A stretch of DNA of 63,260 nt from positions 1 through 63,260 of the forward strand of contig JAWUVP010000083.1 in assembly GCA_034112285.1 (NCBI GenBank), read 5' to 3'. Position 1 is the first letter of the stretch. Every line of letters starts with the position of its first letter. The position numbers and the translations under genes are program-made. The notes under the pieces are model-generated. The model had not been told where the DNA came from and ran no database searches. It was given only the letters and a program-made list of their open reading frames with translations. The DNA is from Gammaproteobacteria bacterium. Lineage in GTDB: Bacteria > Pseudomonadota > Gammaproteobacteria > JABDGN01. Below are positions 20,921 to 32,599 of the stretch, in pieces.

Positions 20921-22783
20921 ATGAATCGTTATCCTCTTTGGAAATATATCCTATTAATGGCATTGTTATTATTTGGCATTTTGTATGCTATGCCAAACTT
21001 CTTTGGTGAAGATCCTGTTTTGCAAATCTCAGGTTCTGATGGCGCAGTTATTAATACTGGCACCATGTCGCTACTGAGCAGCACTTTAAATAATAATGAT
21101 ATTCATGCTAAATCAATAGCCAAAGAGGACAATAACGGTTTAATAGTTCGCTTGCACTCGATAACTGAGCAAATGAAAGCTAAAGCGTTATTGCAAGCTG
21201 CATTAGGTAGCAATTACGTGGTAGCGCAAAATCTATTAGGGGTTACACCCAAATGGTTGCAAGACCTCGGCGCACAACCTATGAAGTTAGGTTTGGATTT
21301 GCGCGGCGGGATGCACTTTTTATTACAAGTGGATGTGAACTCCGTAATTCAAAAACGTGAAAAAAGCGATATGCGCACATTTGCCACGGCACTGCGTAAA
21401 GTCGATATTCGCTACGCGGGTATTCGCCCAGCTCAACAAGGCGGGGTGTTAATACGTTTTCGTGATAACAACACACGTATTAAAGCAGAAACCTTGTTGC
21501 AAACGAATTATGCCGACTATGTCACCACCGAAGTGACCGAAGGTGACCAATACTATTTACGTGTGGCACTAACCCAAGCGGCACTCAGTCAAGTCCGCAC
21601 TTATACGATGACACAAACCATGACGGTTTTGCGTAATCGTATTGATGCTTTAGGCGTGGCCGAACCGATTATTAGCCGTCAGGGCTTAGACCGCATAGTG
21701 GTTGAGCTGCCTGGTGTGCAAGATATGGCGCTAGCCAAGCAAATGCTCGGCGGCACCGCAACCTTACAATTCCATTTGGTTGATAAGCAAAGTGATCTGC
21801 AAAGTGCTGTTAATGGCATGGTGCCTTTGGGCTCACGCTTGTATCACTATAAAGATGGCAGCCCGGTGTTACTGAGAAACCAAGTGGTGTTATCAGGTAA
21901 CGCTATTAGTTATGCCGCATCCAGCCTGGATGAAAGCGGTCAGCCTTCAGTTAATTTACGCTTGTCTGGCCCACAGGTGGCTAGTTTTAGCACAATTACT
22001 GCCAACAACATTGGGCAAAATTTGGGTATTGTGTATGTTGAAACTAAAAATGTGCCCCGTATCATCAATGGAAAAACCGTTAACTTCGCAAAGAAAGTTG
22101 AATATGTACTAACGGCGCCAACCATTAATAGCGCACTAGGCAATAACTTTCAAATCACCAATATGCAGAGCATGCAGTTGGCTAAGAATTTGGCTATTCA
22201 ACTAAAAGCCGGTGCCTTGCCTGCGAATATGTATCCGATTCAAGAAAAAAATGTTGGCCCAAGCTTGGGTAAAGCCAATGTTGAACGTGGTCTTATTTCA
22301 GTACTGGCAGGCTTGGTATTAATTATAGCCTTCATGTGGATTTATTATCATGGCTTAGGCTTGATTGCCAACATGGCGTTGTTTTTCAATGTGGTGTTTA
22401 TTGTGGCCGTCATGTCGTTGCTGGGGGTTACCTTAACGCTGCCCGGTATTGCTGGTATTGTACTCACCATGGGTATGGCGGTTGATGCCAACGTACTTAT
22501 TTTTGAGCGAATTCGTGAAGAAATACGCAATGGCAGCACCATACAAGCTGCTATTCATTCAGGTTACGAACGTGCGTTTGCGACCATTGTTGATGCCAAC
22601 GTTACCACGCTAATTGTTGCCGTGGTGTTATTTGGCTTTGGTACCGGACCAGTACAAGGCTTCGCCGTTACACTTATTGTTGGCTTATTGACGTCAATGA
22701 TTACTGCCATTATGGGCACCCGAGCTATTGTGAATCTAGTCTATGGTGGCCGCCCTGTAAAACACTTATCGATAGGAATGTAA
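20921..22783 (+). CDS. secD: Protein translocase subunit SecD
   Basis: MNRYPLWKY N-terminus, large periplasmic domain, C-terminal 5 TM with the DANVLIFERIREE motif. Confidence 0.93.
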   Translation: MNRYPLWKYILLMALLLFGILYAMPNFFGEDPVLQISGSDGAVINTGTMSLLSSTLNNNDIHAKSIAKEDNNGLIVRLHSITEQMKAKALLQAALGSNYVVAQNLLGVTPKWLQDLGAQPMKLGLDLRGGMHFLLQVDVNSVIQKREKSDMRTFATALRKVDIRYAGIRPAQQGGVLIRFRDNNTRIKAETLLQTNYADYVTTEVTEGDQYYLRVALTQAALSQVRTYTMTQTMTVLRNRIDALGVAEPIISRQGLDRIVVELPGVQDMALAKQMLGGTATLQFHLVDKQSDLQSAVNGMVPLGSRLYHYKDGSPVLLRNQVVLSGNAISYAASSLDESGQPSVNLRLSGPQVASFSTITANNIGQNLGIVYVETKNVPRIINGKTVNFAKKVEYVLTAPTINSALGNNFQITNMQSMQLAKNLAIQLKAGALPANMYPIQEKNVGPSLGKANVERGLISVLAGLVLIIAFMWIYYHGLGLIANMALFFNVVFIVAVMSLLGVTLTLPGIAGIVLTMGMAVDANVLIFERIREEIRNGSTIQAAIHSGYERAFATIVDANVTTLIVAVVLFGFGTGPVQGFAVTLIVGLLTSMITAIMGTRAIVNLVYGGRPVKHLSIGM

Positions 22784-22787
22784 TAGC

Positions 22788-23723
22788 ATGGAATTTTTTA
22801 AGAAAACCACCAACATCGATTTTATGCGCGCCCGCTGGGTTTCAGCCGGTATATCGGCGGTGCTGATTTTAGGCTCTATTATATGTCTTTCAATAAAGGG
22901 CTTAGATTTAGGCTTAGATTTCACCGGTGGTGTACAAGTTGAAGTGCAATATCAGCAGGCTGCAAATGTGCCTCAAATACGTGATGCGTTAGAAAAAGCG
23001 GGATTTGCTGAAAGCGCAGTCAAAACCTACGGTTCCATTGATGACGTTATGATTACCTTGCCTCCTATTAAAGCTGACGGTAAGGCCGCTCAAGCCGCAC
23101 AAGAAAGTTTGCAAGAAAAAGTTATGAATGCTTTGCCGGGTGCGCAATTACAATCCACAGACATTATTGGCTCGGAAGTGGGTAAAGAATTGTTTACTAA
23201 AGGGGCTTTAGCCTTATTTATGTCTTTATTTGCCACCTTAGTTTATATTGCTTTTCGTTTTGAGTGGCGTTTTGGAGTGAGCTCTGTGTTGGCGCTGATT
23301 CATGATCCTATCTTAATTTTAGGCATGTTTTCATTGTTCCATATTCAGTTTGACTTGATTTCATTAGCGGCGCTATTAACCGTTATTGGTTATTCACTCA
23401 ATGATACGATTGTTGTTTTTGACCGTGTACGAGAAAATTTTCGAAAAGTGCGTAAAGGTTCATCTTTATACATTATGAACTTATCCATTAACCAAACGCT
23501 CTCACGGACTATTATGACTTCTGGGCTAACGTTGTTAGCGGTATTGGCTTTATTAATTTACGGTGGGCCGGTATTGTTTGCCTTTTCACTGGCATTACTA
23601 ATTGGAATTATTGTTGGTACCTATTCATCAATCTACGTGGCTGGTGCATTGGCCGTAGCTTTTGGCTTGCAGCGTGCTGATTTTATTCCTAAAAAGCGTG
23701 ATGCAGCTGACGAAGCGCCCTAA
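22788..23723 (+). CDS. secF: Protein translocase subunit SecF
   Basis: GLDFTGG, YSLNDTIVVFDRVREN. 311 aa. Confidence 0.93.
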   Translation: MEFFKKTTNIDFMRARWVSAGISAVLILGSIICLSIKGLDLGLDFTGGVQVEVQYQQAANVPQIRDALEKAGFAESAVKTYGSIDDVMITLPPIKADGKAAQAAQESLQEKVMNALPGAQLQSTDIIGSEVGKELFTKGALALFMSLFATLVYIAFRFEWRFGVSSVLALIHDPILILGMFSLFHIQFDLISLAALLTVIGYSLNDTIVVFDRVRENFRKVRKGSSLYIMNLSINQTLSRTIMTSGLTLLAVLALLIYGGPVLFAFSLALLIGIIVGTYSSIYVAGALAVAFGLQRADFIPKKRDAADEAP

Positions 23724-23743
23724 ACTTTTAGACTTCACTCAAT

Positions 23744-23789
23744 AAAAAAGCCACATTACTGATTTTACAACAGTAACGTGGCTTTTTTT
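23744..23789. terminator. Bidirectional rho-independent terminator between secF (+) and sodC (-)
   Basis: A6 run, then a 12-bp stem with one mismatch (GCCACATTACTG 23750-23761 / CAGTAACGTGGC 23771-23782), a 9-nt loop and a T7 run at 23783-23789. Confidence 0.75.
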
Positions 23790-23796
23790 GTCTCTA

Positions 23797-24303
23797 TTAT
23801 TTAATAACACCACAGGCTAAGCGTGCGCCGCCACCGCCAAGTTTGGCCGGTATGTCAGAATAATTATCACCACCCGCATGAACCATGATTGAATGACCTT
23901 CAATGTCTTTCACGGTTAAACGTGGTGCCAATGTTGTTACATCGGCTTTACCATTGTTTAGTGCATACAGCACCGGTAAATCGCCTAAATGTCCTTTTGA
24001 GCTATAAGGGCCTAAATGCTGGCCGCTGTTGCTAGGGTCTAAATGAGAGCCTGCCGCTTTGCCATTGTCAGCACAGCTAGGCTTAACATGAATATGCAGG
24101 CCGTGTAAGCCTGGTGTTAGACCAGAAAGCTCAGGCATGACTAACAAGCCATATTGGCTATCTTTAAAGGTGATATGACCAATATTTTTAGCCACCTCGC
24201 CTTTGGAAACTGTGCTGATGGGCACGCTAATCTGCGCGGCATAAGCACCGGTTAAGCAGCTAGCTGCCAAAGTTAACGTGCAAAGTGTTTTCTTGATATT
24301 CAT
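23797..24303 (-). CDS. sodC: Periplasmic Cu/Zn superoxide dismutase
   Basis: Signal peptide. GLHGLHIHVKPSC, GHLGDLP and GGGGARLACGVI match the Cu/Zn-SOD signatures. Confidence 0.9.
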   Translation of the reverse strand: MNIKKTLCTLTLAASCLTGAYAAQISVPISTVSKGEVAKNIGHITFKDSQYGLLVMPELSGLTPGLHGLHIHVKPSCADNGKAAGSHLDPSNSGQHLGPYSSKGHLGDLPVLYALNNGKADVTTLAPRLTVKDIEGHSIMVHAGGDNYSDIPAKLGGGGARLACGVIK

Positions 24304-24511
24304 AGTAGACCTCTTGGTTATTGTTGGTAAGGGGTGACTATAGCCAACTTTATCTTACCTGGCTAATTAGCATTATTAATGGACTTGATTGAAAAGATTA
24401 ATCTGTCGTTAAAGATATCCTCGCGACAGATTTTAAGGAGGGCGTTCGTGGGCGCTTTCTAAAAGCAAACCACCTACTGACAAGACCTTTAATCTAAGGT
24501 AGAATTTGGCC

Positions 24512-25465
24512 ATGGAAATGAATTTTTTAGACTATGAACAGCCCATTGCTGAGCTTGATGCCAAAATTGAAGAATTGCGTCATCTTGGCAATGATGCCGA
24601 TCTTAATATCGCTGATGAAATAGAGCGCTTACAGACGAAGCAGACGCAACTTATCAAAAATATCTTTGGCAAACTGACCCCTTGGCAAGTGGTGCAAATG
24701 TCTCGCCACCCCTTACGGCCTCACACCAGTGATTATATTGAGCATATGTTTACTGAATTTGATGAGTTACATGGCGAACGTATGTTTGCCGATGATTTAG
24801 CGATCATGGCAGGTTTGGCGCGCTTAGATGGCGTGCCGGTGATGGTAATTGGTCAAGAAAAAGGCCGCACCACCAAAGAAAAAATACGCCACAATTTTGG
24901 CCTCCCTCGTCCAGAAGGCTACCGCAAAGCTTTACGGCTGATGAAGCTCGCCGAACGTTTTCAAATCCCCATCATTACCTTTATTGACACTCAAGGTGCT
25001 TATCCTGGAATTGATGCTGAAGAACGTGGGCAAAGTGAAGCCATTGCGCGCAATTTATTTGAAATGTCAAAACTTAAAACGCCCATTATTTGTGTCGTAA
25101 TAGGCGAGGGTGGCTCTGGCGGTGCATTAGCCATTGGTATTGGTGACCGAGTGTTGATGCTGCAATACAGCATGTATTCAGTCATTACACCTGAGGGCTG
25201 TGCCTCTATTTTATATCGCACAGCCGAAAAAGCGCCTGAAGCAGCCGAAAGTTTAAAATGTACTTCTAAAGATGCCTTAAAACTAAGCTTAATTGACGAA
25301 ATTGTGGAAGAACCTTGCGGCGGCGCACATCGTGATCCCAGCGTAATTATGGCGAATTTGAAGCAAGCAATTGTGCGTAACTTACAAGAAATCGATACAT
25401 TATCCACCGATGCCTTACTAGAAAAACGTTATCAGCGTTTAATGCACTATGGCCTGCATGAATAA
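24512..25465 (+). CDS. accA: Acetyl-CoA carboxylase carboxyltransferase alpha subunit
   Basis: [23 protein letters not shown] aligns with E. coli AccA MSLNFLDFEQPIAELEAKI. The GSGGALA motif is present. The track start 24506 is a TTG, so the ATG at 24512 is used. Confidence 0.9.
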   Translation: MEMNFLDYEQPIAELDAKIEELRHLGNDADLNIADEIERLQTKQTQLIKNIFGKLTPWQVVQMSRHPLRPHTSDYIEHMFTEFDELHGERMFADDLAIMAGLARLDGVPVMVIGQEKGRTTKEKIRHNFGLPRPEGYRKALRLMKLAERFQIPIITFIDTQGAYPGIDAEERGQSEAIARNLFEMSKLKTPIICVVIGEGGSGGALAIGIGDRVLMLQYSMYSVITPEGCASILYRTAEKAPEAAESLKCTSKDALKLSLIDEIVEEPCGGAHRDPSVIMANLKQAIVRNLQEIDTLSTDALLEKRYQRLMHYGLHE

Positions 25466-26705
25466 ACTCTGGGTTGCCTTTAGTGGCGGCCTAGATTCAC
25501 ATTGTTTATTGCACATGTATGCCACGGGCAACCTGCCTTTACCTAAAGACACAAGCTTAAACGCCGTACACATCAATCATAATCTCAGCCCTCATGCCGC
25601 CGATTGGCAGCAGCATTGTCAGCAAATTTGCGAAAAATTAACCGTTCCTTATCATGTTGAAGCCGTCACTATAACCCGGCAGCCAGGCGAAAGCCTTGAG
25701 GCGCTGGCCCGTGACGCGCGTTACACTCTTTTTAAGCAATTACTCATAACAGGTGACAAGCTCGTTACCGCGCATCATGCCGACGACCAAAGTGAAACTT
25801 TTTTATTACAAGCTACGCGCGGTGCTGGCATTAAAGGTTTAGCCTGCATGCCACGCGAACGCGCTTTAGGTGAGGGTGTATTACAGCGGCCGTTACTCGA
25901 TTTTACTCAAGCACAATTACAAGCTTACGCCTTAACCCACAACTTAACTTGGGTAGAAGACGAGTCAAATCAAGATACGAATTTTAACCGTAATTATTTA
26001 CGCCATAACGTCATGCCCGTTTTACAGAATCGTTGGCCGAGCCTGCATAAGAGTATTCAGCAAATAAGCGGCTATTGTGCAGAAGCTGCAATATTAGCAG
26101 AAGCCTTGGCAAAAATTGATATCAACAATTGCTTGCAGTTAGATCAAAGTTTATCGATTGAAAATTTATCTGCCCTAGATTTAGCTCGGCAGAAAAATGT
26201 TCTACGGTATTGGTTAACCTCACAGCAAGTTTCTCTACCAAGTGGGCCAACATTACAACGAATTTTTAGCGAATTAATTCCTGCCGCCCATGATGCGCAA
26301 CCACAAATAAGCTGGGGCAACAATCAAATACGCCGTTTTAATCAACGCTTATATTTGCTAAGCGAAAGCTTACCCACCGCGCCTAAGGCCTTTGAGTGGA
26401 ATTGGAAACAGCAGCAAGCTAATTTAAAAGCTATTGTGGCAGAGCAGGGCATTGCCGCAAAAACTTTGCCCACCACTTTGCAAGTAAAGTTTAGGCTTGG
26501 GGGGCAACGCTTCAAGCTGGTGGGATGCGACCACAGTCAAAGTTTAAAAAAATTATTACAAGCATGGCAAGTGCCTCCTTGGCAACGTGATTACCTGCCG
26601 CTAATCTGTGATGGTGAAACGCTCCTTGCTGCGCCACCTTATTATAATGGCATCACAACGAGTGATGATGACTGCATACATTTTCACCAGGAATCCAAGC
26701 CATGA
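25449..26705 (+). CDS. tilS: tRNA(Ile)-lysidine synthetase
   Basis: PP-loop [26 protein letters not shown] and the C-terminal TilS substrate domain. Downstream of accA, as in many gammaproteobacteria. Confidence 0.88.
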   Translation: MACMNKLWVAFSGGLDSHCLLHMYATGNLPLPKDTSLNAVHINHNLSPHAADWQQHCQQICEKLTVPYHVEAVTITRQPGESLEALARDARYTLFKQLLITGDKLVTAHHADDQSETFLLQATRGAGIKGLACMPRERALGEGVLQRPLLDFTQAQLQAYALTHNLTWVEDESNQDTNFNRNYLRHNVMPVLQNRWPSLHKSIQQISGYCAEAAILAEALAKIDINNCLQLDQSLSIENLSALDLARQKNVLRYWLTSQQVSLPSGPTLQRIFSELIPAAHDAQPQISWGNNQIRRFNQRLYLLSESLPTAPKAFEWNWKQQQANLKAIVAEQGIAAKTLPTTLQVKFRLGGQRFKLVGCDHSQSLKKLLQAWQVPPWQRDYLPLICDGETLLAAPPYYNGITTSDDDCIHFHQESKP

Positions 26706-27763
26706 ATTTTTTGTACTTCTATTACATACGCTATATTTACCCTGGGGATCCAACCGGCGCACAATTTAAATTCACCTTACGCTGCCTGCTCGCCATGGCC
26801 CTAGGTGTGGCTATAGCCGAATTTCATTCTAGCCATTTGGCTACCTGGCTGATATTCAGCATCTTTATATTTAACATTATGATCGATTTAGAGCACGGAA
26901 TTTGGCAGCGTTGTCTAAACGTGGTTTATGTTTGCCTGTTAACGATGCTAGTTGTTTTTTTAATGGCCTTAGCGGGTCAATGGTTTGCAGGCCAAGTCCT
27001 TATTTTTTTATTATGTGGTTTTTTAGGCACCTACGTTGTTAAATATGGCGCTGCTCAAGCGCGTCTGGGTTTGGGCGCATTGATTTTTGCCGTGCTAAGC
27101 TTACGGCTAATGCCGCAACTACAAGACTTAGGCATAATATACCTTTATATGCTCATTGCGGTGGCGCTAACTATTTTTGTAAACGTTTTAGTTTGGCCCG
27201 ATACATACCACGTAAAATTTAAAATCAACCTCAACAAAGGCACGAAACGATTACAACGTTATCTCAACAGCACCTTGCTTGATGCTAGCTTAGGTTATCG
27301 TGCAAATCCTTACCGGCAACGCCTAAAAGGTTACATGTTAGAGCACATGGTAAGTTTAGATGATATTCACACAAAATTACCGGCAGATAAACAAGCGGTT
27401 ATCAATCAGTTTTCACAGTTGGTTTACACCTGCATTGCTATTGATGCAGCCCTAGTTGGCCTATCTCGCAGAGCTTGTTTTCATGGACCTTTTACAGCCT
27501 TGCAGTGTTATGCGAATAAACTGTGTGAATTAATGTCCAACCAAACACTTTCGGGCGATGAATTTATAAGCGCCCTACAGATAGATTATGAAAATTTGAC
27601 TCGAGTGTTTGAAGGGGGAGTAAAACAATTAGAATCATCATTTCCTCAAGTTATAATAGACTATCAACATTGGCGCCAAGTCTTTTGGCAGTTAGAACGC
27701 CTACACCAACAATGGCAGATTTTTTTGCAGGTATCTCAAGGAAACTCTAATGCAGATTCCTAA
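26702..27763 (+). CDS. Integral membrane protein, FUSC/ArAE-like half-size (weak)
   Basis: About 5 TM N-terminal segments followed by a soluble helical tail. Overlaps the tilS stop by 4 nt and the next FUSC-like gene by 14 nt. Confidence 0.45.
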   Translation: MNFLYFYYIRYIYPGDPTGAQFKFTLRCLLAMALGVAIAEFHSSHLATWLIFSIFIFNIMIDLEHGIWQRCLNVVYVCLLTMLVVFLMALAGQWFAGQVLIFLLCGFLGTYVVKYGAAQARLGLGALIFAVLSLRLMPQLQDLGIIYLYMLIAVALTIFVNVLVWPDTYHVKFKINLNKGTKRLQRYLNSTLLDASLGYRANPYRQRLKGYMLEHMVSLDDIHTKLPADKQAVINQFSQLVYTCIAIDAALVGLSRRACFHGPFTALQCYANKLCELMSNQTLSGDEFISALQIDYENLTRVFEGGVKQLESSFPQVIIDYQHWRQVFWQLERLHQQWQIFLQVSQGNSNADS

Positions 27764-28775
27764 CAATTTACGCCAACCGTTACGTGCCTTAGTGGCCTTA
27801 TGCTTAGCCTTGCTGGCTTATCATTTTATTAATGAAAAATATAATTATTGGATTGTGTTAACGACCGCGTTATTGTTGCCCACAACAACAGGCGCCACCA
27901 TGCAAAAAGCCATTGGTCGGGTTGCTGGAACACTCATCGGCGTTTTGCTGGGGCTAATGTTCGTAGCCATCATGCCTTTCAATACCGCTTTATATTTTAG
28001 TCTGATTTTTGTTTGTTTGTTTTTTGCTTTGTATCTTTCTAAAAGTCACTACTCGCATGCCATGGTAGCCTCAGGTGCCCTGGTAGTTTTGTTATTGTCT
28101 TATTTTATGGTGCGCGGCAACGTACAGCTAGCTTGGACATTCGTCTTAGCTCGCTTTTTTGACACCTTGCTTGCGGCCACTATCGTTATTGTTGCGGCTT
28201 ATGTCTGCTGGCCGGAAAGTAGCGTGACAAAGGCCAAGCAAATAGCGCATGATTTGCAAATTGCAGTTAAAGCCAGGTTAATTCACCAACTGCAATATTT
28301 AAACAATACGTCATCACAGCCACCTAATCATTCACAGCTTTGCAGTATTTATAAGAAGATTGTCAGCTTGGAACAATTAATTAGCAATTTGCATAATGAG
28401 CCAGAAATCAGCTTTTTACAGCGATATGTTTCTAGCGCGAACTGCTATGGCTTTCAAAGCTTATACAATAATTTATTAGCCATAGAGAGCTTGCTGCCCG
28501 TGCTCAAAAAGCAAACACCTAACCTACCGATGGTGATGACCGCCATCAACAATTTCCTGGCCCTACTAGAAGCAGATGACTCTACCTTTATAATTAAGGG
28601 CTATGTCGCCTTAGTTGATGAAATAAGAAAAATGCAAAGCCAAGGTGCAAACTCTCTCTTCGTTAAACATGTTGCCGTGGGCAGCTTGCTGCTTAACGTG
28701 CGTGATGTTTGCATGCGATTAGAATATATTAATAATGGCAAACGTTTAGATATTGAGGCCGGCCATGGATCCTAA
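27750..28775 (+). CDS. FUSC-family (aromatic acid exporter-like) membrane protein, half-size
   Basis: YWIVLTTALLLPTTTGATMQKAIGRVAGTLIGVLLG matches the conserved FUSC/ArAE core (W..T...V.Q...G.T..K...R..GT..G). Confidence 0.65.
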   Translation: MQIPNNLRQPLRALVALCLALLAYHFINEKYNYWIVLTTALLLPTTTGATMQKAIGRVAGTLIGVLLGLMFVAIMPFNTALYFSLIFVCLFFALYLSKSHYSHAMVASGALVVLLLSYFMVRGNVQLAWTFVLARFFDTLLAATIVIVAAYVCWPESSVTKAKQIAHDLQIAVKARLIHQLQYLNNTSSQPPNHSQLCSIYKKIVSLEQLISNLHNEPEISFLQRYVSSANCYGFQSLYNNLLAIESLLPVLKKQTPNLPMVMTAINNFLALLEADDSTFIIKGYVALVDEIRKMQSQGANSLFVKHVAVGSLLLNVRDVCMRLEYINNGKRLDIEAGHGS

Positions 28776-29442
28776 GCCAACGTATTTAAACGATGAACTT
28801 TATGAATACATGGTACACCATTCTGTGCGGAAAAATAATGCGATAGAAAGCGTTAATGATTTAACCAACGGTAACTTCAAAACAAAAATGCAGTCTTCCG
28901 CCGAGCTGCTGAATTATTTAACTTGGTTTGTAGAATTAACCCAGGCAAAAAAAATACTCGACGTGGGTGTGTTTACCGGGCTCAGCTCATTAGCTATGGT
29001 GCAAGGCTTAACACCTGGAGGAAAAATATTTGCCGTAGATAAAAATGAACGCTTCGCGAAGATGGCACAAGAAAACTGGCAAACCACCGGTGTGGCACAT
29101 GCTATAGAGTTGCATGTGGGCCAGGCCTTACCTTACATGCAAGATTTATTAACAACCCATGCGAACAGCTTCGACCTTATCTATATAGATGCCGACAAAC
29201 CCAATTACGACAATTATTATGAACTTGCTTTGCAGCTAGTGCGTGTTGGCGGTGTGGTGATGCTTGAAAACACTCTGTGGTATGGAAAAGTAATTGACGC
29301 GGCTGACCAAAAAAACTCGACTCAGTTAATACGCGCGTTAAATAAAAAACTCTATGCCGATCCACGCATCAAGCTTTCCATGCTGCCAATAAGTGATGGC
29401 TTAACATTGTGTTTGAAGCAAAAGATTGTTCAAAGCCGGTGA
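28765..29442 (+). CDS. Class I SAM-dependent O-methyltransferase (caffeoyl-CoA OMT-like, Methyltransf_3)
   Basis: ILDVGVFTGLSSLAM SAM-binding motif. IYIDADKPNY metal/catechol motif. The track start 28753 is a TTG, so the ATG at 28765 (MDPKPTYL) is preferred. Confidence 0.8.
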   Translation: MDPKPTYLNDELYEYMVHHSVRKNNAIESVNDLTNGNFKTKMQSSAELLNYLTWFVELTQAKKILDVGVFTGLSSLAMVQGLTPGGKIFAVDKNERFAKMAQENWQTTGVAHAIELHVGQALPYMQDLLTTHANSFDLIYIDADKPNYDNYYELALQLVRVGGVVMLENTLWYGKVIDAADQKNSTQLIRALNKKLYADPRIKLSMLPISDGLTLCLKQKIVQSR

Positions 29443-29456
29443 ACTAATATAAACAC

Positions 29457-29738
29457 CGTCGTTGTGAGGAGCACAGCGACGAGGCAATCTCTTAAAAAAC
29501 CCCATCGTTGCGAGGAGCACAGCGATGGGTCAATCTCTTAAAAAACCACGTCGTTGCGAAGAGCATAGCGACGGGGCAATCTCCTGCCGCTGTCGCGTTC
29601 TATATTAAGAATACAATTACCTGCAGGAGATTGCCGCGTCGCTACGCTCCTCGCAACGACGGCCCAGGGGAACGATTCGCTAAAGCACGCGGCAAGTTCT
29701 TAAAAAGCACGTCGTTGCGAAGAGCGCAACGACGCGGG
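29457..29738. repeat. Cluster of 5 REP-like hairpin repeat units (3 forward, 1 inverted, 1 forward)
   Basis: Units of the form CGTCGTTGCGAGGAGCACAGCGACG(n)GGCAATCTC at about 29457, 29501, 29547 and 29709. Inverted copy GAGATTGCCGCGTCGCTACGCTCCTCGCAACGACG at 29624-29662. Lies between the convergent OMT and purB genes. Confidence 0.85.
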
Positions 29739-29777
29739 TGAGAAACACATGTCAATCTCATTGTCACCGACAGTGAT

Positions 29778-31217
<1,440 letters not shown>

Positions 31218-31312
31218 TTAGACGGCATTGTATATATTTCAACCACTCAACTTGACAGTACTAGGGTTAATCTATAGCATCTTGCGAACTGTATATATAG
31301 GTGTAATGACAT

Positions 31313-32596
31313 ATGACTGAAAGAAAATTCACAAAATGGTTTCCCTGGTTAATTTGGTGTGTACCGTGCCTGTTTTATTTCTATGATGTTGTACTACGTG
31401 TGCTACCTAGCACCATGGCTGATCATTTGATGAGCCAATTTCATATTAATGCCACGCAGTTTGGTATTTTTGCTGCCTATTACTACTATTCTTATACTGC
31501 AATGCAAATTCCTGTCGGGGTTATTTTAGATCACTTTAGCATTCGTAAGTCGCTATTGGCAGCCTGCATCGTTTGTATCATCGGTTTGTTCCTGGTCCAC
31601 ATGGTGACTAATGTTTATATTGCCAGCATGGGCCGCTTTATCATGGGCTTTGGTTGTGCATTTGCTTTCGTAGCCGTACTAAAGGTTGCCACGGTTTGGT
31701 TGGCGCCACGCCATTTTGGTATGGTGGCTTGTATTGCTGATTCACTCGGCATGTTAGCCGGAATTTTTGCCGATTTAATCATCACCAAATTAAATGTTTC
31801 TTTTGGCTATCAGAGCACCATGTGGACCGTGGCCTTAATTGGCGTCATTGTGGCTGCTCTAATCTTGTTTGTTTTACGTGATAGTCCAAAAACGCGTGAA
31901 TTAGATCAGCAAGTCACCCGCGAAGCAAAATCTTTTAGTCATATTTTTCGCGAATTGGCCAACATGATCAAGAATCCACAAATTTGGATCATTGGTGTTT
32001 TAGGTGCTTTAGCGTATTTGCCATCTTCTGCTTTAGGCGATGTTTGGGGCATCCCTTATTTATCTACCGTTTACCACATGAGCACCATTGAAGCAGGGCG
32101 AATCATGTCTACATTCTTCTTTGGCTGGATGATTGTAGGACCATTTGTGGGTGAATTGTCCGATCATTTCCGCAATCGTAAAATGCCGATCGTGATAAGT
32201 TTATTCTTAGATGCGGTCTTATTAACATTAATTTTATATGTGCCTTATAAACTAGATTATCATGTAGCGCATTGGATTTTATATGTCGCCTTTTTCTTGT
32301 TTGGCGCATTGACCAGTACCCATCCATTAATCTTTGCCTTAGCAAAAGAAAACTATGACAAATCTGTTGCAGGTACCGTCGTTGCCCTCACAAACTGTTT
32401 AGTCATGCTAGGCGGGGTGGTGTTTCAGCCCTTAACAGGCTACATGATTGATACCGTACATCGTCACTTTACGTTGGGTACCAAGGCTTACACGCCTTTA
32501 GACTTTACCCTAGGCATTGCACTGGTGCCAGTTTCATTGCTGGTTGCTGCCATTATTGCGATGTGGCTGAAAGATACGGGTAAAACGTTAGTTTAG
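31313..32596 (+). CDS. MFS transporter (paralog of 38671..39927)
   Basis: 12-TM profile. The N-terminal 100 aa are clearly alignable with the ORF at 38671..39927 (..YSY.AMQIPVGVILD.F / ..YSYMVMQLFVGVLIDRF). Confidence 0.8.
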   Translation: MTERKFTKWFPWLIWCVPCLFYFYDVVLRVLPSTMADHLMSQFHINATQFGIFAAYYYYSYTAMQIPVGVILDHFSIRKSLLAACIVCIIGLFLVHMVTNVYIASMGRFIMGFGCAFAFVAVLKVATVWLAPRHFGMVACIADSLGMLAGIFADLIITKLNVSFGYQSTMWTVALIGVIVAALILFVLRDSPKTRELDQQVTREAKSFSHIFRELANMIKNPQIWIIGVLGALAYLPSSALGDVWGIPYLSTVYHMSTIEAGRIMSTFFFGWMIVGPFVGELSDHFRNRKMPIVISLFLDAVLLTLILYVPYKLDYHVAHWILYVAFFLFGALTSTHPLIFALAKENYDKSVAGTVVALTNCLVMLGGVVFQPLTGYMIDTVHRHFTLGTKAYTPLDFTLGIALVPVSLLVAAIIAMWLKDTGKTLV

Positions 32597-32599
32597 AGC

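Noticed and set aside
29508-29741. 77-aa plus-strand ORF
   Set aside because: It lies entirely within the REP-like repeat cluster between the OMT and purB. Same artefact as above.
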